From: Paragordius varius
Lineage: Eukaryota > Animalia > Nematomorpha
Direction: 5' to 3'
NCBI GenBank assembly: GCA_964247055.1
Contig: OZ176051.1
Coordinates: 13,826,001-13,890,000 of the forward strand
Length of the DNA stretch: 64,000 nucleotides
Numbering within the stretch: position 1 is the first letter of the stretch; each line of letters starts with the position of its first letter. The notes beneath the pieces were generated by a model. It was not told the DNA's origin. It ran no database searches and saw nothing but the letters and a program-made list of their open reading frames with translations. The position numbers and the translations under genes are program-made. Below, piece by piece: positions 62,719 through 64,000 of the stretch.

Positions 62719-63005
62719 CAGTAAAAATTATTATTATACGGAAAAAACGTAAAAATATAAAGACAAATTTCATTATCAAAAGATAACCATACTTTTTCAT
62801 ACCTTAATATATCCTATTAAAATTATTGAATAACATTCCTAAAATATGTAATTGATTATGTTACTAGCATACAGCTCTATTTTATATACTTTGGATTAAA
62901 AAAGAATGACTTATATTTGAATTTTTTTAAAAAGTATGGTCTATGATAAATAAATATTTGTCTTTATATTTTTACGTTTTGTCCGTATAATTTCAATTTT
63001 TACTG
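62719..63005. mobile_element. Tc1/mariner-like MITE (CAGT family)
   Basis: TA|CAGTAAAAATT ... AATTTTTACTG|TA. Confidence 0.82.
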
Positions 63006-64000
63006 TATTATATAATCTCATTCGTGATTTTCTTTAACTCTGACCTAAATAAATGTGCAAATAAAATGTATGTAGCAGATAACAGCGTCACACTTGACAA
63101 GGATTTTTATCGCGACACTGCTCAAAGCCCAATAACTTATATTACTAAAGCGTTAATATTTGATTAGGGCCAGTAAGTTATCGGTATTTCAGGTCTAATT
63201 GAATTGTAAATCCTTTCTTAGTCCTTATATATTATATGATGTTGAATTAGGTCCCAAGAAAGGGTGATGATTTAAATGAGTTTTGTTTTAGCTAGCTATA
63301 CATATATGTAAATGCGTATCATAGGCTTTGAAGATTAGAATATTGTAGTATCTCATCTAACCTTACTAATGATAACAATATAGTTAAAAATCCTAAGATT
63401 AGGTTCAGTTCTTTAACTTATTATTTTTACAAAAAAACGTAATCCATTGCCATTTAAAAACAATTTCAATAATCAATCAACCCACCATTATAATGAAAAA
63501 TATTGATTAAAGATATAAAAATTAAGATTTTATTGGAAACAAACTTTGGAGTGTTATTTGAAATTCCACATTAGTTAATATCAATTATAATTACACAAAA
63601 TGTGCTGAAATATGAATCGGTTACTCATTGAATGTTAAATCTTAACATACTTATTTATAAAAAAAAAATTATTTTTACAAACGTAACAAAAGACCTATCG
63701 ACATTACTGGTTATCATAACAGTTAATTCTCGCTAAAGAGCAATATAAAAGTGAAATATTCTATAATTAAAAAATTTATTAGAAACATTCTACATAAATT
63801 ATATTGATACATACAGGGAAAGATATAAGTAATAAGATGGAAAGTAATTGATTCTTGACTATGGAAGCATTGGTTGAGAACCGTGTAGGATATTCATGTA
63901 ATAAAAATAGATTGTTTATCATAAAAGTATCTTTATATATAAAATGAATTAAAAAATAGGATTCAATAAATTATATTATAGATCATTTATTTGAGTTATG

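Overview
Very AT-rich, intron-containing eukaryotic DNA. The conserved 14-3-3 zeta and eEF2 sequences point to an animal, probably a bilaterian invertebrate; the species cannot be fixed from this window. Five spliced genes were reconstructed by hand: APEH (acylaminoacyl-peptidase, minus, 470-18950, 15 exons), a LanC-like gene head-to-head with it (plus, 19068-27236, 10 exons), eEF2 (minus, 28869-37346, 16 exons), MRT4 (plus, 52824-55581, 7 exons) and 14-3-3 (minus, 56641-57521, 4 exons). The most striking property is a bimodal intron architecture: 11 of 47 modelled introns are only 21-32 nt and all of these lie near gene 5' ends, while the rest are 86 nt to 6.1 kb and many of the larger ones carry transposons. 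Mobile DNA includes decayed Penelope-like retroelements (PLEs) with candidate minimal hammerhead ribozymes, a 5'-inverted (twin-primed) RTE-type LINE with an 11-bp TSD, five non-autonomous Helitrons with ~160-bp internal repeats and a double 3' hairpin, and several MITE families (TA/Tc1-like, TATA-flanked with 21-bp arrays, TTAA/piggyBac-like, hAT with 8-bp TSD). No CRISPR, rRNA or tRNA gene is supportable. All family assignments are from recognised motifs; no database searches were run.
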